Of a stretch of DNA of 64,000 nucleotides, positions 32,520 to 42,675 are shown piece by piece (position 1 is the first letter of the stretch; every line of letters begins with the position of its first letter). The DNA lies in contig CAVPSJ010000017.1 in assembly GCA_963708295.1 (NCBI GenBank), positions 96,001 through 160,000 on the forward strand, given 5' to 3'. The stretch is from an uncultured delta proteobacterium (GTDB taxonomy: Bacteria > Desulfobacterota > BSN033 > UBA1163). The notes under the pieces are model-generated. The model did not search any database. It had not been told where the DNA came from and worked only from the letters and a program-made list of their open reading frames with translations. The position numbers and the translations under genes are program-made.

Positions 32520-32744
32520 ACGGACGTGTGTCAATCCACACGTTTCCCATCTGACACACTATTCCCAAGCAGTCTTTGCGTGACCCTCCTCTGTTTTTCC
32601 CCGGGGAAAGGCGACGACAGCAATGGCGGGCTGTCCGAAGGCGCCCCGCTTTGGGCCTTGACCAGGGCTTAGCGATGTCGCCGGTCGTCAAGTGGTTCCC
32701 GACGACCGGGGCGCGGATTTTAGACCGTCCGCAGAAAAGTTTTT

Positions 32745-32773
32745 TTGACAGCCTGGCCCAATTGCGATATAAG
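32745..32773 (+). promoter_or_regulatory. sigma70-type promoter of the tct operon
   Basis: TTGACA-17 bp-TATAAG upstream of tctB. Confidence 0.6.
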
Positions 32774-32805
32774 GTTAAGTCTTATAAGGGGATATTCGGA
32801 GGTGG

Positions 32806-33276
32806 TTGTTGAAGACACTAAGACCGGTCGATATCGTCGTGGGTTGTTTCCTCGCCCTCCTCGGGCTTTTCATTCTGTATGCCTCGTCGATGATCAGGGT
32901 GGGAGTGGAAAGGGCCCTGTCCCCCCGCACCATCCCCTCTGCCGTCGGTTTTCTCATATTTTTTTGCGGTATCGGACTTGCCGTCAAATCCTGGCGTTTC
33001 CGGGGAGAGGATCCCAAGATCAACTGGCCGGACCGGGAGGGGTTAAGGATCATCCTGGTCAGTCTGATCCTCCTGGCATGTTACATCGTTCTGATGAATC
33101 CGCTCGGGCTGCCCCTCAGCACGTTTCTGTATGTCACCATTTCCATCTGGTATCTGAAACGGTCGAAATGGGTTACGGCGATCGTGACCGGCCTGATCTT
33201 TGGGATCGTCTCGTACTACGTCTTCATCCATCTGCTGAAGCTCTCTTTCCCGGTGGGATTCTTATTTGAAGGTTAG
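32806..33276 (+). CDS. tctB: Tripartite tricarboxylate transporter TctB
   Basis: Small multi-TM protein, SPRTIP, YYVFIHLLKLSFP; precedes tctA. Confidence 0.85.
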   Translation: MLKTLRPVDIVVGCFLALLGLFILYASSMIRVGVERALSPRTIPSAVGFLIFFCGIGLAVKSWRFRGEDPKINWPDREGLRIILVSLILLACYIVLMNPLGLPLSTFLYVTISIWYLKRSKWVTAIVTGLIFGIVSYYVFIHLLKLSFPVGFLFEG

Positions 33277-33285
33277 GAGAACGGT

Positions 33286-34791
33286 ATGGGTTTTTCCTGG
33301 GACTTTCTTTTCCAGGGGTTTGCGACCGCCTTTTCTTTGCAGAATCTTCTCTGGGCGCTGGTGGGCTGTTTCATCGGAACTCTGGTCGGGGTGCTCCCCG
33401 GCATCGGTCCCGCCTCCGGGATCGCGATCCTCCTTCCCCTGACGACGGTGCTTCCCCCGACCTCGGCGATCATCATGATGGCGGCCATCTACTACGGTGC
33501 CATGTACGGGGGATCGACGACCGCAATCGTCGTCAACATCCCGGGGGAGGCTTCCTCCGTGCCGACTGCCATAGACGGCTATGAAATGGCCAAGCAAGGG
33601 AAAGCCGGTCCGGCTCTTGCCATCTCCGCCATCTCGTCTTTTTTCGCAGGGACGCTCGGCCTTGTCGGCCTGACCTTCTTTGCCCCGCTCCTGGCTAACT
33701 TTGCCGTGGTTTTCGGCCCGCCGGAGTATTTTGCCCTGATGTTCATGGCGTTGACCCTCATCATCAGCCTTTCCGGCCGCGCCCTTCTGAAGGGAGTCAT
33801 CTCCATGGCCCTGGGGCTCATGACCTCTTTGATCGGTCAGGATCCTCTCACCGGAGCCACCCGGCTGACTTTCGGGTTCCCGAAGCTTTTGGCCGGGATC
33901 GATTTCATCAGCGTGATTGTGGGACTCTTCGCGATCAGCGAGGTGATGATCAATGTGGAGCAGAGAATCACCGCCATCAGTCAGAAGATCGGCAACTGGA
34001 TGCCGACCTGGGCCGATATAAAGCAGTGCCTGGGAACAATGCTCCGCTGCACAGGTGTCGGTTTCTTCCTGGGGCTCCTTCCTGGGGTCACCCCTTCGGT
34101 GACGACGTTTGTAGCTTACGATCTCGAAAAGCGGGTATCGAAGCACCCCGAGCGGTTCGGCCGCGGGGCGATCGAGGGTGTTGCCGCCCCCGAAGGGGCG
34201 AACAACGCGACCTCCACCGCCGGATTCGTTCCGCTCTTCTCGTTCGGGCTTCCCACGGCGCCGTCAATGGCGGTCCTGCTCGGAGGGCTGATGATGTACG
34301 GCCTTCAGCCGGGACCGATGCTCTTCAAGCAGAATCCTGAATTTGTCTGGGCGGTCATTGCCAGCATGTACATCGGCAACGTCATGCTGATCGTCCTTAA
34401 TCTCCCGCTTGTAGGGATGTGGGCCAGAATTTGCGTCATCCCTTTTTATATCCTTGGGCCCTTGATCGTCTTCTTTTCCGTGCTCGGGACATACAGCATC
34501 CGGTTCCTCGCGTTCGATGTATGGATTATGCTCATCTTCGGGGTGATCGGGTACTTCATGCGAAAGCTTGGATTTCCCGTCGCCCCCATGGTGTTGGCGA
34601 CCGTCATTGCGCAGATGATGGAGACGTCCCTGGGGCAGTCGCTGCTCATCTCGCAGGGGTCTCCTCTGATCTTTTTCACCCGTCCCATCTCGGCCGTATT
34701 CATGGGGCTTGCCTTCCTTTCGATTGGGCGGGGGATCTGGATTCAGGTCCGCTCCAAAGCACCTGAAGTGGCGATAGAGGAAGCCGATTGA
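33286..34791 (+). CDS. tctA: Tripartite tricarboxylate transporter TctA
   Basis: VGVLPGIG, YYGAMYGGS, IPGEASS, DGYEMA, APEGANNA, LQPGP. Confidence 0.93.
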   Translation: MGFSWDFLFQGFATAFSLQNLLWALVGCFIGTLVGVLPGIGPASGIAILLPLTTVLPPTSAIIMMAAIYYGAMYGGSTTAIVVNIPGEASSVPTAIDGYEMAKQGKAGPALAISAISSFFAGTLGLVGLTFFAPLLANFAVVFGPPEYFALMFMALTLIISLSGRALLKGVISMALGLMTSLIGQDPLTGATRLTFGFPKLLAGIDFISVIVGLFAISEVMINVEQRITAISQKIGNWMPTWADIKQCLGTMLRCTGVGFFLGLLPGVTPSVTTFVAYDLEKRVSKHPERFGRGAIEGVAAPEGANNATSTAGFVPLFSFGLPTAPSMAVLLGGLMMYGLQPGPMLFKQNPEFVWAVIASMYIGNVMLIVLNLPLVGMWARICVIPFYILGPLIVFFSVLGTYSIRFLAFDVWIMLIFGVIGYFMRKLGFPVAPMVLATVIAQMMETSLGQSLLISQGSPLIFFTRPISAVFMGLAFLSIGRGIWIQVRSKAPEVAIEEAD

Positions 34792-34885
34792 TACGCAACG
34801 GGCATGGTTATATAGGGGTGCCTGCGACACGGTGAGCTTCGGACATATTAAAACCGTCAACCCTTTTCAAGACAGGAGGAAAGCT

Positions 34886-35853
34886 ATGAGAAAAATTGCC
34901 ATCGGTTTTATCGCTCTCTTTGCCACCTTTGCAATGGTATTGGCTGGCGCGGTCAACGCGGCGGAATATCCCAACAAGCGTATCAACTACAACATCTGTT
35001 TTAATCCCGGCGGAGAGTCGGATATCACCGCCCGGATCCAGGAACAGGCCCTAAAGAAGTATTTAGGCGTGGATGTGGTCATTCAATACAAGATCGGCGG
35101 GGGGGGAGCCCTCTGCTGGGCGGATCTGGTCCAGACCAAGCCGGACGGCTACACGATCGCCGGTCACAACCTTCCCCACACCGTCCTCCAGCCTCTGGAA
35201 ATGGGCGATGCCGGGTACAAGACCCTGGACCTCAAGCAAATCTATATGTTCGAGAGCACTCCGAATGTCCTGATGGTCCGGAATGACAGCCCTTTTAAGA
35301 CCCTGAAAGACTTTGTCGATTACGCCAAGAAGAACCCCCCAGGCGTGATCACCGTAGGGGGCAGCGGTACCTCGTCTGCAAACGATCTCGGAACCACGAT
35401 GCTCAGCAAGGCTGCGGGCATTAAATTGACCTACGTGCCGTTCGGTGGGACCGGTTCCGCCGTGCCAGCCCTCCTGGGAAACCATGTAACGGCGCTCATG
35501 TCCTATTCCCCCATGGTGGTCCAATATAAAGACAAGTTCCGGTTCCTGGCCATGGCCTCGGAAAAACGGATGGACGTCATCCCCGACGTGCCGACGTTCA
35601 AGGAGCTGGGCTATGACATCGTAGAAGGGGCCTACCGCGGGGTTGCCGCCCCTCCGGGAACGCCGGATGCAATTATCAAATTTCTTGCCAACGCCTTCGA
35701 CAAGACCATGAAGGACCCGGAGGTCAAAAAGAAGATGGATCAGAACGGGTTCAAGACGGAGTTCATGGGCCCGAAGAATCCCTGGCCCTGGTGAAGAAGA
35801 AGATGGTAGAATACGAAGTGATCATGAAGGAACTGGGACGAATCAAAAAGTAG
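34886..35853 (+). CDS. tctC: TctC/Bug substrate-binding protein (frameshift near 35773)
   Basis: PGGESD, GGGGA, KPDGYT, VPFGG, VPTFKELGYD; natural C-terminus EESLALVKKKMVEYEVIMKELGRIKK* lies in the shifted frame, TAG 35851-53. Confidence 0.85.
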
Positions 35854-35919
35854 GTAACACTTTAGTTGTTTGAAAAAGAATCACAAACAACTTCTAATCA
35901 GTCCATTCTCCCAAATAAT

Positions 35920-36020
35920 CCCCTCCCCCTTCGATGGGGGAGGGTGAGGGTGGGGGTGGACAAAATGAAGACCTTTTATCCCCTCTCCTCTTAATCTCCT
36001 CCCGCAGGGGGAGGAGAGAT
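35920..36020. repeat. REP-like purine/pyrimidine palindromes
   Basis: CCCTCCCCC-TTCGAT-GGGGGAGGG hairpin followed by a second hairpin; similar units near 37245, 46507 and 50757. Confidence 0.7.
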
Positions 36021-36061
36021 TATTTTAGTAACATACAACCTTCAAAGGAGATAACATTATC

Positions 36062-37165
36062 ATGCGCATTACCGAAGTTAAGGCCGAATTATTGCGTATG
36101 CCTCTGCCACGTCCGATGCAATCGGGATCATCCAGTGGCAAAAAGGGTGGCCCGGTCAGTCACATCAATATGCCGATCGTATTCATCACCACCGAAGACG
36201 GGACCCAGGGGCTCGGGTATGCCTGGAGCCTGTTGGGAGGCGCTACGGCTACACGGTGTGTGCTTCAGGACGATTTTGCGCCGCTTCTGATCGGCGAAGA
36301 TGCCCTCGACCACGAGCGCCTGTGGCACAAGCTCTACAAACGGCTGCAGTCGGTGGGCCGCGTTGGACTGGTTATCCAGGCTCAGGCAGCGGTCGATCTG
36401 GCTCTGTGGGATATCAAAGGTAAAATTTCCGGCTTGCCGGTTTACAAGCTCTTGGGCGGCTGCCGGGAAAGTGCACCGGTCTACGGCTCCGACGGCGGCT
36501 GGTTGTATATGAGCGTGTCCGAAATGGTGGCGGCCTTCGAGAGCTATCTTGAGCAGGGGATGATGGGTGTTAAAATGAAGATCGGCCATGAAAACCCTAA
36601 GGTCGATATTCAGCGGGTCAGGGAGGTCCGTAAGGCTCTGGGTGATGATGTTTGGATCGCCGTCGACGCCAACCAGAAATGGGATTTCCCGACGGCCATG
36701 TGGGTGGGTCGCGAGCTTGAACAGCTGGGCGTTGCATGGTTCGAAGAGCCGTTATTATGCGAGGATGTTCCCGGTCATGCCAGACTCGCGGCTGCACTGG
36801 ATATTCCCATCGCGATGGGAGAAACGTTGGGGTCGCGCTTCGAATTCAACGCTTATCTGCGCGCCAACGCGGTCGATATTCTGCAACCTGATATTATTCG
36901 GGTCGGCGGCATTACCGAAATGGTTAAAGTGGTTACCCTGGCGGATATCGCCCAGCTACCGGTTGCGCCGCACCACATGATGGAAAGCACGATTCATGTC
37001 GCCTGCGGCGTCATGGGATCCGGCCCCATTGAGTACATGCCCTGGGTAGCGGGTGCGTTTGCGGAGCCCGTGCAGATCAAAAACGGAAATATGATACCAC
37101 CCCAAAAACCGGGATTGGGGCTGGAGATTCCCGAGGAAATTATTAAGCGCTACCGCTCTGAGTGA
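36062..37165 (+). CDS. Mandelate racemase/muconate lactonizing enzyme family (probable acid-sugar or tartrate-type dehydratase)
   Basis: AVDLALWDIKGK, KxK (VKMK), metal ligands in VDANQ, FEEP and MGE, QPD, His in APHH. Confidence 0.85.
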   Translation: MRITEVKAELLRMPLPRPMQSGSSSGKKGGPVSHINMPIVFITTEDGTQGLGYAWSLLGGATATRCVLQDDFAPLLIGEDALDHERLWHKLYKRLQSVGRVGLVIQAQAAVDLALWDIKGKISGLPVYKLLGGCRESAPVYGSDGGWLYMSVSEMVAAFESYLEQGMMGVKMKIGHENPKVDIQRVREVRKALGDDVWIAVDANQKWDFPTAMWVGRELEQLGVAWFEEPLLCEDVPGHARLAAALDIPIAMGETLGSRFEFNAYLRANAVDILQPDIIRVGGITEMVKVVTLADIAQLPVAPHHMMESTIHVACGVMGSGPIEYMPWVAGAFAEPVQIKNGNMIPPQKPGLGLEIPEEIIKRYRSE

Positions 37166-37265
37166 CGTTCCGCTCTCATTGCGGGTCGACCTTTAACTAG
37201 CAAATAACCAAGAATATTTGGAGTTTCTCCGGTTACAGAGTAATTCCTCCCCCTTCGACGGGGGA

Positions 37266-37529
37266 TACACAGACCGGGGACATAGGTAATGGTTGTTCGG
37301 AGACATGGGTAATAGTTGTTTAATATCTTAGTCAATGTTGGAAATTTTTTACCTCCCCTTAAGTTAAGGGGAGGTGCGGAGGGGTTACGATCAGCGCCGA
37401 TTCGGGACTGAATAACTCCCCCCATCCCCCTCTTACTCTAAGAGGGGAACAACAGCGATTGCGTCCAGCAGCCCCTTGTCTTGTAACCTGTGTGTCCGAA
37501 CATCTGTTACCCATCTTGCCTGTCTATAC
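37266..37529. mobile_element. IS481-family-like MITE (264 bp) with 6-bp target duplication GGGGGA
   Basis: Imperfect terminal IRs with an internal tandem unit (ACATAGGTAA/ACATGGGTAA vs GTAACCTGTGT/GTTACCCATCT); GGGGGA at 37260-65 and 37530-35; interrupts a REP-like hairpin. Confidence 0.7.
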
Positions 37530-37639
37530 GGGGGAGGGTGAGGGTGCCGAAGGGAAGGAAGATTTTGGAGAGACATTTTAGAGAAAGTCAGGGATAAATT
37601 TTCAGATCAAAATACCTAAGAATCCAAGGAGAAAATAAA

Positions 37640-38716
37640 ATGCCAACCGGACATAAACACAAGATAGCGGTGATCATGGGAGATGGAATCGGTAAAGAGG
37701 TGGTGCCCGAGGGCATGCGGGTACTGGACGTCGCGGCAGAGAGGTTCGGCTTCAAGCTCGAGTGGACACCGTTCCCCTGGAGTTGTGAATATTACAGCTC
37801 AAAAGGGGAGATGATGCCGAAAAACGGGATGGATATACTGAAAGCATATGAATCGATCTTCCTCGGCGCGGTCGGCTACCCCGGTGTCCCGGACCATGTG
37901 TCGCTGTGGGGGCTGCTCATTCCCATCCGAAGGGGTTTTCAGCAGTACGTCAACTTCAGACCCGTTAGAAACATGAGGGGCATCACAAGTCCCCTGCGGA
38001 ATATCGAATCTGGACAAATAGATTTCTGTGTGGTGAGAGAGAATAATGAGGGTGAATACTCAAACATTGGCGGAATGATGTACGAAGGGACCGAACAGGA
38101 ATTCGTCGTTCAGGAAACGGTTTTCACCCGCAAAGGTGTTGAAAGGATCATGAGATATGCCTTCGACCAGGCTCGAAAGAGGGAAAAGAAGAGGGTGACT
38201 TCCGTCACGAAGTCGAACGGAATTGTTTTCACCATGCCCTACTGGGATGAGATATTCAAAGGAATCGCGAGGGAGTACCCGGAAGTAAAGACTGACCAGT
38301 ACCACGTCGATGCCCTGTCCGCCATGTTCGTGCAGCATCCGGAACAATTTGACGTGGTGGTGGGCAGCAACCTGTTCGGTGACATCCTCTCGGACCTGGG
38401 TGCAGCCGTGGCAGGCAGCCTCGGCATCGCGCCGTCGGCCAGTCTTAACCCCGAGCGCAAATTTCCATCCATGTTCGAACCGGTCCACGGCTCGGCGCCT
38501 GATATTGCAGGCAAGGGGGTTGCAAACCCTATTGGTCAGATCCTCTCCGGGGCCTTGATGGTCCATCATCTGGGACATCCTGAAGCGGCAGGAGCGATAG
38601 AAAAAGCTGTGGAGGTTGCCGTGGCGGACAGGAAAATAAGAACCCGGGATCTGGGCGGCGAGGCATCGACCCAGCAGATGGGGAAAGCCATCGCCGACCT
38701 GGTGGCGACAGTGTAA
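37640..38716 (+). CDS. ttuC: Tartrate dehydrogenase / D-malate dehydrogenase (decarboxylating), IDH/IPMDH family
   Basis: GDGIGKEV, DHVSLWGLLIPIRR, RENNEGEY, TKSNG, MPYWD, NLFGDILSDL, FEPVHGSAPDIAG. Confidence 0.85.
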   Translation: MPTGHKHKIAVIMGDGIGKEVVPEGMRVLDVAAERFGFKLEWTPFPWSCEYYSSKGEMMPKNGMDILKAYESIFLGAVGYPGVPDHVSLWGLLIPIRRGFQQYVNFRPVRNMRGITSPLRNIESGQIDFCVVRENNEGEYSNIGGMMYEGTEQEFVVQETVFTRKGVERIMRYAFDQARKREKKRVTSVTKSNGIVFTMPYWDEIFKGIAREYPEVKTDQYHVDALSAMFVQHPEQFDVVVGSNLFGDILSDLGAAVAGSLGIAPSASLNPERKFPSMFEPVHGSAPDIAGKGVANPIGQILSGALMVHHLGHPEAAGAIEKAVEVAVADRKIRTRDLGGEASTQQMGKAIADLVATV

Positions 38717-38777
38717 GGTGTTCAAGGAGGCGAGGAAGTGAGACGCCCCCTCATCTTTTTCGAATAAAAGGGATGAT

Positions 38778-38810
38778 TTGACAACCACGATCTTGTAGTG
38801 TATTGTAGTG
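38778..38810 (+). promoter_or_regulatory. sigma70 promoter with direct repeat TTGTAGTG (candidate antitoxin operator)
   Basis: TTGACA-17 bp-TATTGT; TTGTAGTG at 38793 and 38803 flanking/overlapping the -10. Confidence 0.55.
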
Positions 38811-38824
38811 GAAGGAGGCAGGTT

Positions 38825-39043
38825 ATGCGCTCAGTCCTTTCTGTAAGTTTACCCGAAAACATATCGTCCGAACTCGATAAGTTCGCCAGGAGCACAGGCC
38901 GAACCAAGAGCGACATTGTGAAGGAATCGATCGATCTCTACCTCTGGGAGGTACGATTCCGTAAGTTGCAGAAGCGGGTGGGGACGAAAGCCAAGAAGGC
39001 AGGCCTGGTCAGCGAAGAGGATGTATTCAAGGCCATATCGTGA
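38825..39043 (+). CDS. CopG/ribbon-helix-helix antitoxin
   Basis: VLSVSLPE...GRTKSDIVKESI RHH pattern; overlaps the PIN gene start (GTGA). Confidence 0.85.
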   Translation: MRSVLSVSLPENISSELDKFARSTGRTKSDIVKESIDLYLWEVRFRKLQKRVGTKAKKAGLVSEEDVFKAIS

Positions 39044-39444
39044 AAGCCGTTTTTGATACCAATGTTCTGGTGGCCGCCTTTGTCAGCGAGGGCGTCTGTT
39101 CGAAGCTTCTCATCAGAGCACGAAAGAGACAATTTCACCTCTTTATTTCTCCCTTCATTCTCCAGGAGTTCGAGCGGGTTCTCGTCAGGAAGCTTGCGGT
39201 TCCAAAGAGCGAAGCAAGGAATGCAGTAAGACTTGTCTCAGACGCCGCCGAGGCTGTTGTTCTTCCTCTCAAGCTCGACGCGCCTATCTGTCGCGATCCA
39301 ATGGATGACAATATCTTGGCGTGCAGCCTGGCAGCGGGGACCGATTACCTGGTCACAGGAGATGCAGATCTTTTGGACCTGGGATCCTTTCGGAATACTC
39401 TCATCATCTCGCCGCGGGATTTTGAGTCACTGTTCGTTGATTAA
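39040..39444 (+). CDS. PIN-domain toxin (VapC-like)
   Basis: VFDTNVLV, EFERVL, CRDPMDDNIL, LVTGDADLL. Confidence 0.9.
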   Translation: MKAVFDTNVLVAAFVSEGVCSKLLIRARKRQFHLFISPFILQEFERVLVRKLAVPKSEARNAVRLVSDAAEAVVLPLKLDAPICRDPMDDNILACSLAAGTDYLVTGDADLLDLGSFRNTLIISPRDFESLFVD

Positions 39445-39645
39445 TGGACCAAAATTCGGATTAATTATTATTACCTATGTTCCCGGTTTATCCCCCCCCC
39501 TTATTTTAAGGGGGGATGGAGGGGGGTTATTAATTTTAGTAGTTCGGTGCGCCCCACGGGCACGGGGTCTGAGTTTACGTTTTGTGTTGGGGATCGATCC
39601 CTGATTTCTTGCTTAATTAGTGGCGGTTACATCTGCGGGCGACAA

Positions 39646-39840
39646 TTAATTCTTCATCAGCTCTTTCAGTTTCTTTACTGCTCGGGGCAACACCTCTCCT
39701 GTCCTCTCTTCAAAGCGTAAATGACAGCTCCGATCCATGGGAGTCTCCCCCTGATTGATGATGACCAGACGGGCTCCTGATCTCAGGGCGACTCTGGGCA
39801 TATCATTGGCAGGGCTGACCACAAGACTCGAACCTAATGC
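39646..39840 (-). pseudogene. C-terminal fragment of a Sir2/CobB NAD-dependent deacylase
   Basis: ALGSSLVVSPA...GARLVIINQGETPMD is the sirtuin C-terminus; the upstream part of the ORF is unrelated. Confidence 0.7.
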
Positions 39841-40004
39841 TCTAATCCTTCGAAAGCCCTTAGTCACGGTCCTCAGAGGGGTTTTGACGATTCCGTGTGT
39901 CTTGTGATTTTTTCTTCTTGACCCACAAACCCCTTTCTTGTATATTCGACTCATTCCAAACGAGTTCTTATCAAAAAACAAAATCAAATCAAAACCAAAA
40001 ACAT

Positions 40005-40132
40005 ATGCTCAAGCTAGTGGAAGCCATGGCCAACATGAAGGAACAGGAAGCTCTTGCGATCTTCGAGGAGCTGCTTGGGAGGGCGCCATGGCTGCCGTGG
40101 CTTTTGGCAAAGAAGCAGCGAGGGGGAAGTAG
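40005..40132 (+). pseudogene. Internally deleted corrinoid (B12-binding) protein gene
   Basis: N-terminus MLKLVEAMANMKEQEALAIFEELL joined out of frame to a C-terminus-like GAMAAVAFGKEAARGK*; directly precedes a URO-D-family gene. Confidence 0.55.
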
Positions 40133-41252
40133 ATGGACTCGTTCGAGAAGCTGGACCGGGCGATAGCCCTCAAGCCCACGCCGGAGATCCCGGTCTACCC
40201 CCACATCGTCACCTTCGCCGGGCGCTGCGCCGGCATCACCCAGGCCGAGCTCTTCAGCAGCAACAAGGCCTGGCTGGCCGCCTGCGACAAGACCTTCGAG
40301 CGGGTGGGCAAGCCGGACGTGGTCTTCCCCCTGAACCCGTGCGACACCGCCTACATCGAGTCGATGAAGGTCAAGCTTCCCGGGCAGGGAGCTGGGCCCC
40401 GACGAGCCCTTCCAGTTCGTGGAGGAAGAGATCATGCAGGTCTCCGACTACGACGTGATCCTCGAGAAGGGCTGGAGCGCCTGGAACACCGAGTTCATGA
40501 AGACGCATCCAGTCGCCGCCCCTGGCACGGCTGGCTCGGCAGCCTCAAGGTGCTCTGGGGCTTCATCAGGGCCGGCATGAACACCGGCAAGAACATCAAG
40601 CACTGGAAGGAGCAGGGCATGCCGGTGATGTTCCACACCGGCGTCGCCCCGCCGTTCGACGTCTTCTCGCTCAGCCGCTCGCTGCGCCCCTTCTACCGCG
40701 ACCTCTTCGACATACCCGAGAAGGTCAAGAAGGCCGTCGATGTCGGCACCGACGCCATGATCAAGCTGGGCATCGCCAACGCCAAGCGGGCCAAGGGCGA
40801 CCGGGTGGCCATCTTCGCCATGCGCTCGAGCGCCAGCTTCATCTCGCCCAAGATCTTCGACGAGATCTCGTTCCCCTCGATCAAGCGGATGGTGGAGGGC
40901 TACCACGCGGCCGGCCTCATCTCGGTGCTGCACTGCGACGGCAACTGGGACCTCATGATCCCCCGCTTCCGCGAGCTGCCCCGGGCGAGCTGCGTCGTGG
41001 AGCTCGACGGGGCCACCAACATCCGCAAGGCGCGGGAGGTGCTGGCCGACCACCTCTGCATCAAGGGCGACGTGCGGGCGGCCATGCTCGTCGCTGGGCA
41101 AGAAGGAAGAGGTGGAGGCCTACTGCCGGGAGCTGATCGAGTTCATGGGGCACGACGGCGGCTTCATCCTGGGCTCCGGCTGCGAGGTGCCCATCACGGC
41201 CAAGGTGGAGAACGTGGCGGCCCTGATCGCCGCCGCACATGTTGCGCCTTAA
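40133..41252 (+). CDS. Uroporphyrinogen decarboxylase-family (MtaA/CmuA-like) methyltransferase, several frameshifts
   Basis: FISPKIFDE, LHCDGNW, LCIKGDV; GFILGSGCEVP and KVENV in a shifted frame ending TAA 41250-52; markedly GC-rich. Confidence 0.75.
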
Positions 41253-41635
41253 GGCTCTGGATTCTAAGACGGGGAAGCAATTGTGGAAAAACAGGAAGAT
41301 CGGCCCTATCCAGTGGTAAAGTCCCATTGTTGTAAATGGAGTCCTTTACATAACGGACGAAAACAGCCAGCCGACAGCCTTTACTCTTCCGAAACCCAAA
41401 TAATAGCTGATTCTGTTGTGACTCACTTTCCGGTCCCGAAAACCTGATCATACGAAAGTGTTAATTTCTAGCTACGTCCCTCGTGCCCATTGCGGCTTTC
41501 AGTAAATAAAAGAGAAGCGTTCGACGCAAAGCACGCTCCGCACGAACGTCCCTCCTTTGTTCTCCCAACTTAGGTGTGATTCTCTATGTACCAAATTACC
41601 GTTGCCTGGCCCCAAAAAATTCTTGGCTTCACATC

Positions 41636-42520
41636 TCACTTGAACTTATTAGAATACGCCTCATATAACCTTTGGGAGTCCCTTCCGTCAATTACACCGA
41701 AATAGATTCGTTGTTCGTTGGTGGCAGACTTTGCAATTGCGAAGTATTTCATTTGTTCAATAACACTCTGATTTATCTGGTCACAGCATTGGACAATGAA
41801 CGCTTCTGCTGGACTTCGAAATAATCTCTGGATTTGGTCGCCATTCTTACCCATTTTCTTTGGTGTGAGGACACCTTCTGTCCCTCTCCCCTTCAAGCCG
41901 AAAGCGGCAGGTAGTCTTCTGCCACCAATCATCAGCCTAGTCGAATATAAGTCGTCGGTTTCTCCACCCCAATCATTAAAGGTTCCGGGTTCGCCAATTA
42001 TCTTCTGGAGACCTCGTTTGAACTTTTTCTCATACATAGGCTTCAATTGACAGGTGGCCTTTTGTTTACGCACTTTTGCAAATGAATCGATGTCATCGAC
42101 TGTGATTTGCCTGATGTCGATAAGCTTTTTGGGGAAGCTAATCTTGATGACCTTGCCAATGGCTATTGGTGACACCTTCGTCGGAAAGCTTTCTAGTTTG
42201 TTTTTGTTGCTAGCAAGAGCTAAGATCTTGTCCCGATTATGTGTATAGAAGTCAATCTTTTGATATGCTGTTTCACTGTTAACCTTTCCGGCTAATTGGA
42301 TTATGTCTTCACTACAGAGGCGTTTGGCTTCCTGTAAAACTCGAACTCGATTCTTGATGCCTGAAATGGTGCAGATTTCAGACACCGATTTAACTTTTTT
42401 CTTTTTTGTATAGATCGCCTTGAAGACCTTTTTTCGATCAGCGGACCGGCCGAGGACCCTAGCAGCATTTGCCATCTTATCCTGTCGATCACCGCTGGGA
42501 TTGGATACAATAGCTGACAT
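41636..42520 (-). CDS. Hypothetical protein: N-terminal winged-HTH-like region plus C-terminal restriction-endonuclease-like domain
   Basis: KSVSEICTISG...VLQEAKRLCSEDII (wHTH-like); DWGGETDDLYS...AAFGLKG...MGKNGDQIQRLF (PD-(D/E)XK-like layout, inferred); AT-rich. Confidence 0.6.
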   Translation of the reverse strand: MSAIVSNPSGDRQDKMANAARVLGRSADRKKVFKAIYTKKKKVKSVSEICTISGIKNRVRVLQEAKRLCSEDIIQLAGKVNSETAYQKIDFYTHNRDKILALASNKNKLESFPTKVSPIAIGKVIKISFPKKLIDIRQITVDDIDSFAKVRKQKATCQLKPMYEKKFKRGLQKIIGEPGTFNDWGGETDDLYSTRLMIGGRRLPAAFGLKGRGTEGVLTPKKMGKNGDQIQRLFRSPAEAFIVQCCDQINQSVIEQMKYFAIAKSATNEQRIYFGVIDGRDSQRLYEAYSNKFK

Positions 42521-42675
42521 ATATTATGCTGCCTTGCCTCCCTTGTAGAAATAGCGCGCAAAATCGGTAGGTAGCGCGTTTTCTGCCCAGAGTTCTTGCT
42601 ATCTCAGTTCCCGCCAACCTCACACATTTCAAGATGCGCCTTACTCGAGCCGACCCCTAGGGAGGCCAAATGGGG

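Noticed and set aside
39646-39987. Sir2 ORF as a Thoeris/DSR-type defence sirtuin
   Set aside because: Only the C-terminal ~65 codons are present, and they resemble housekeeping CobB-type deacylases
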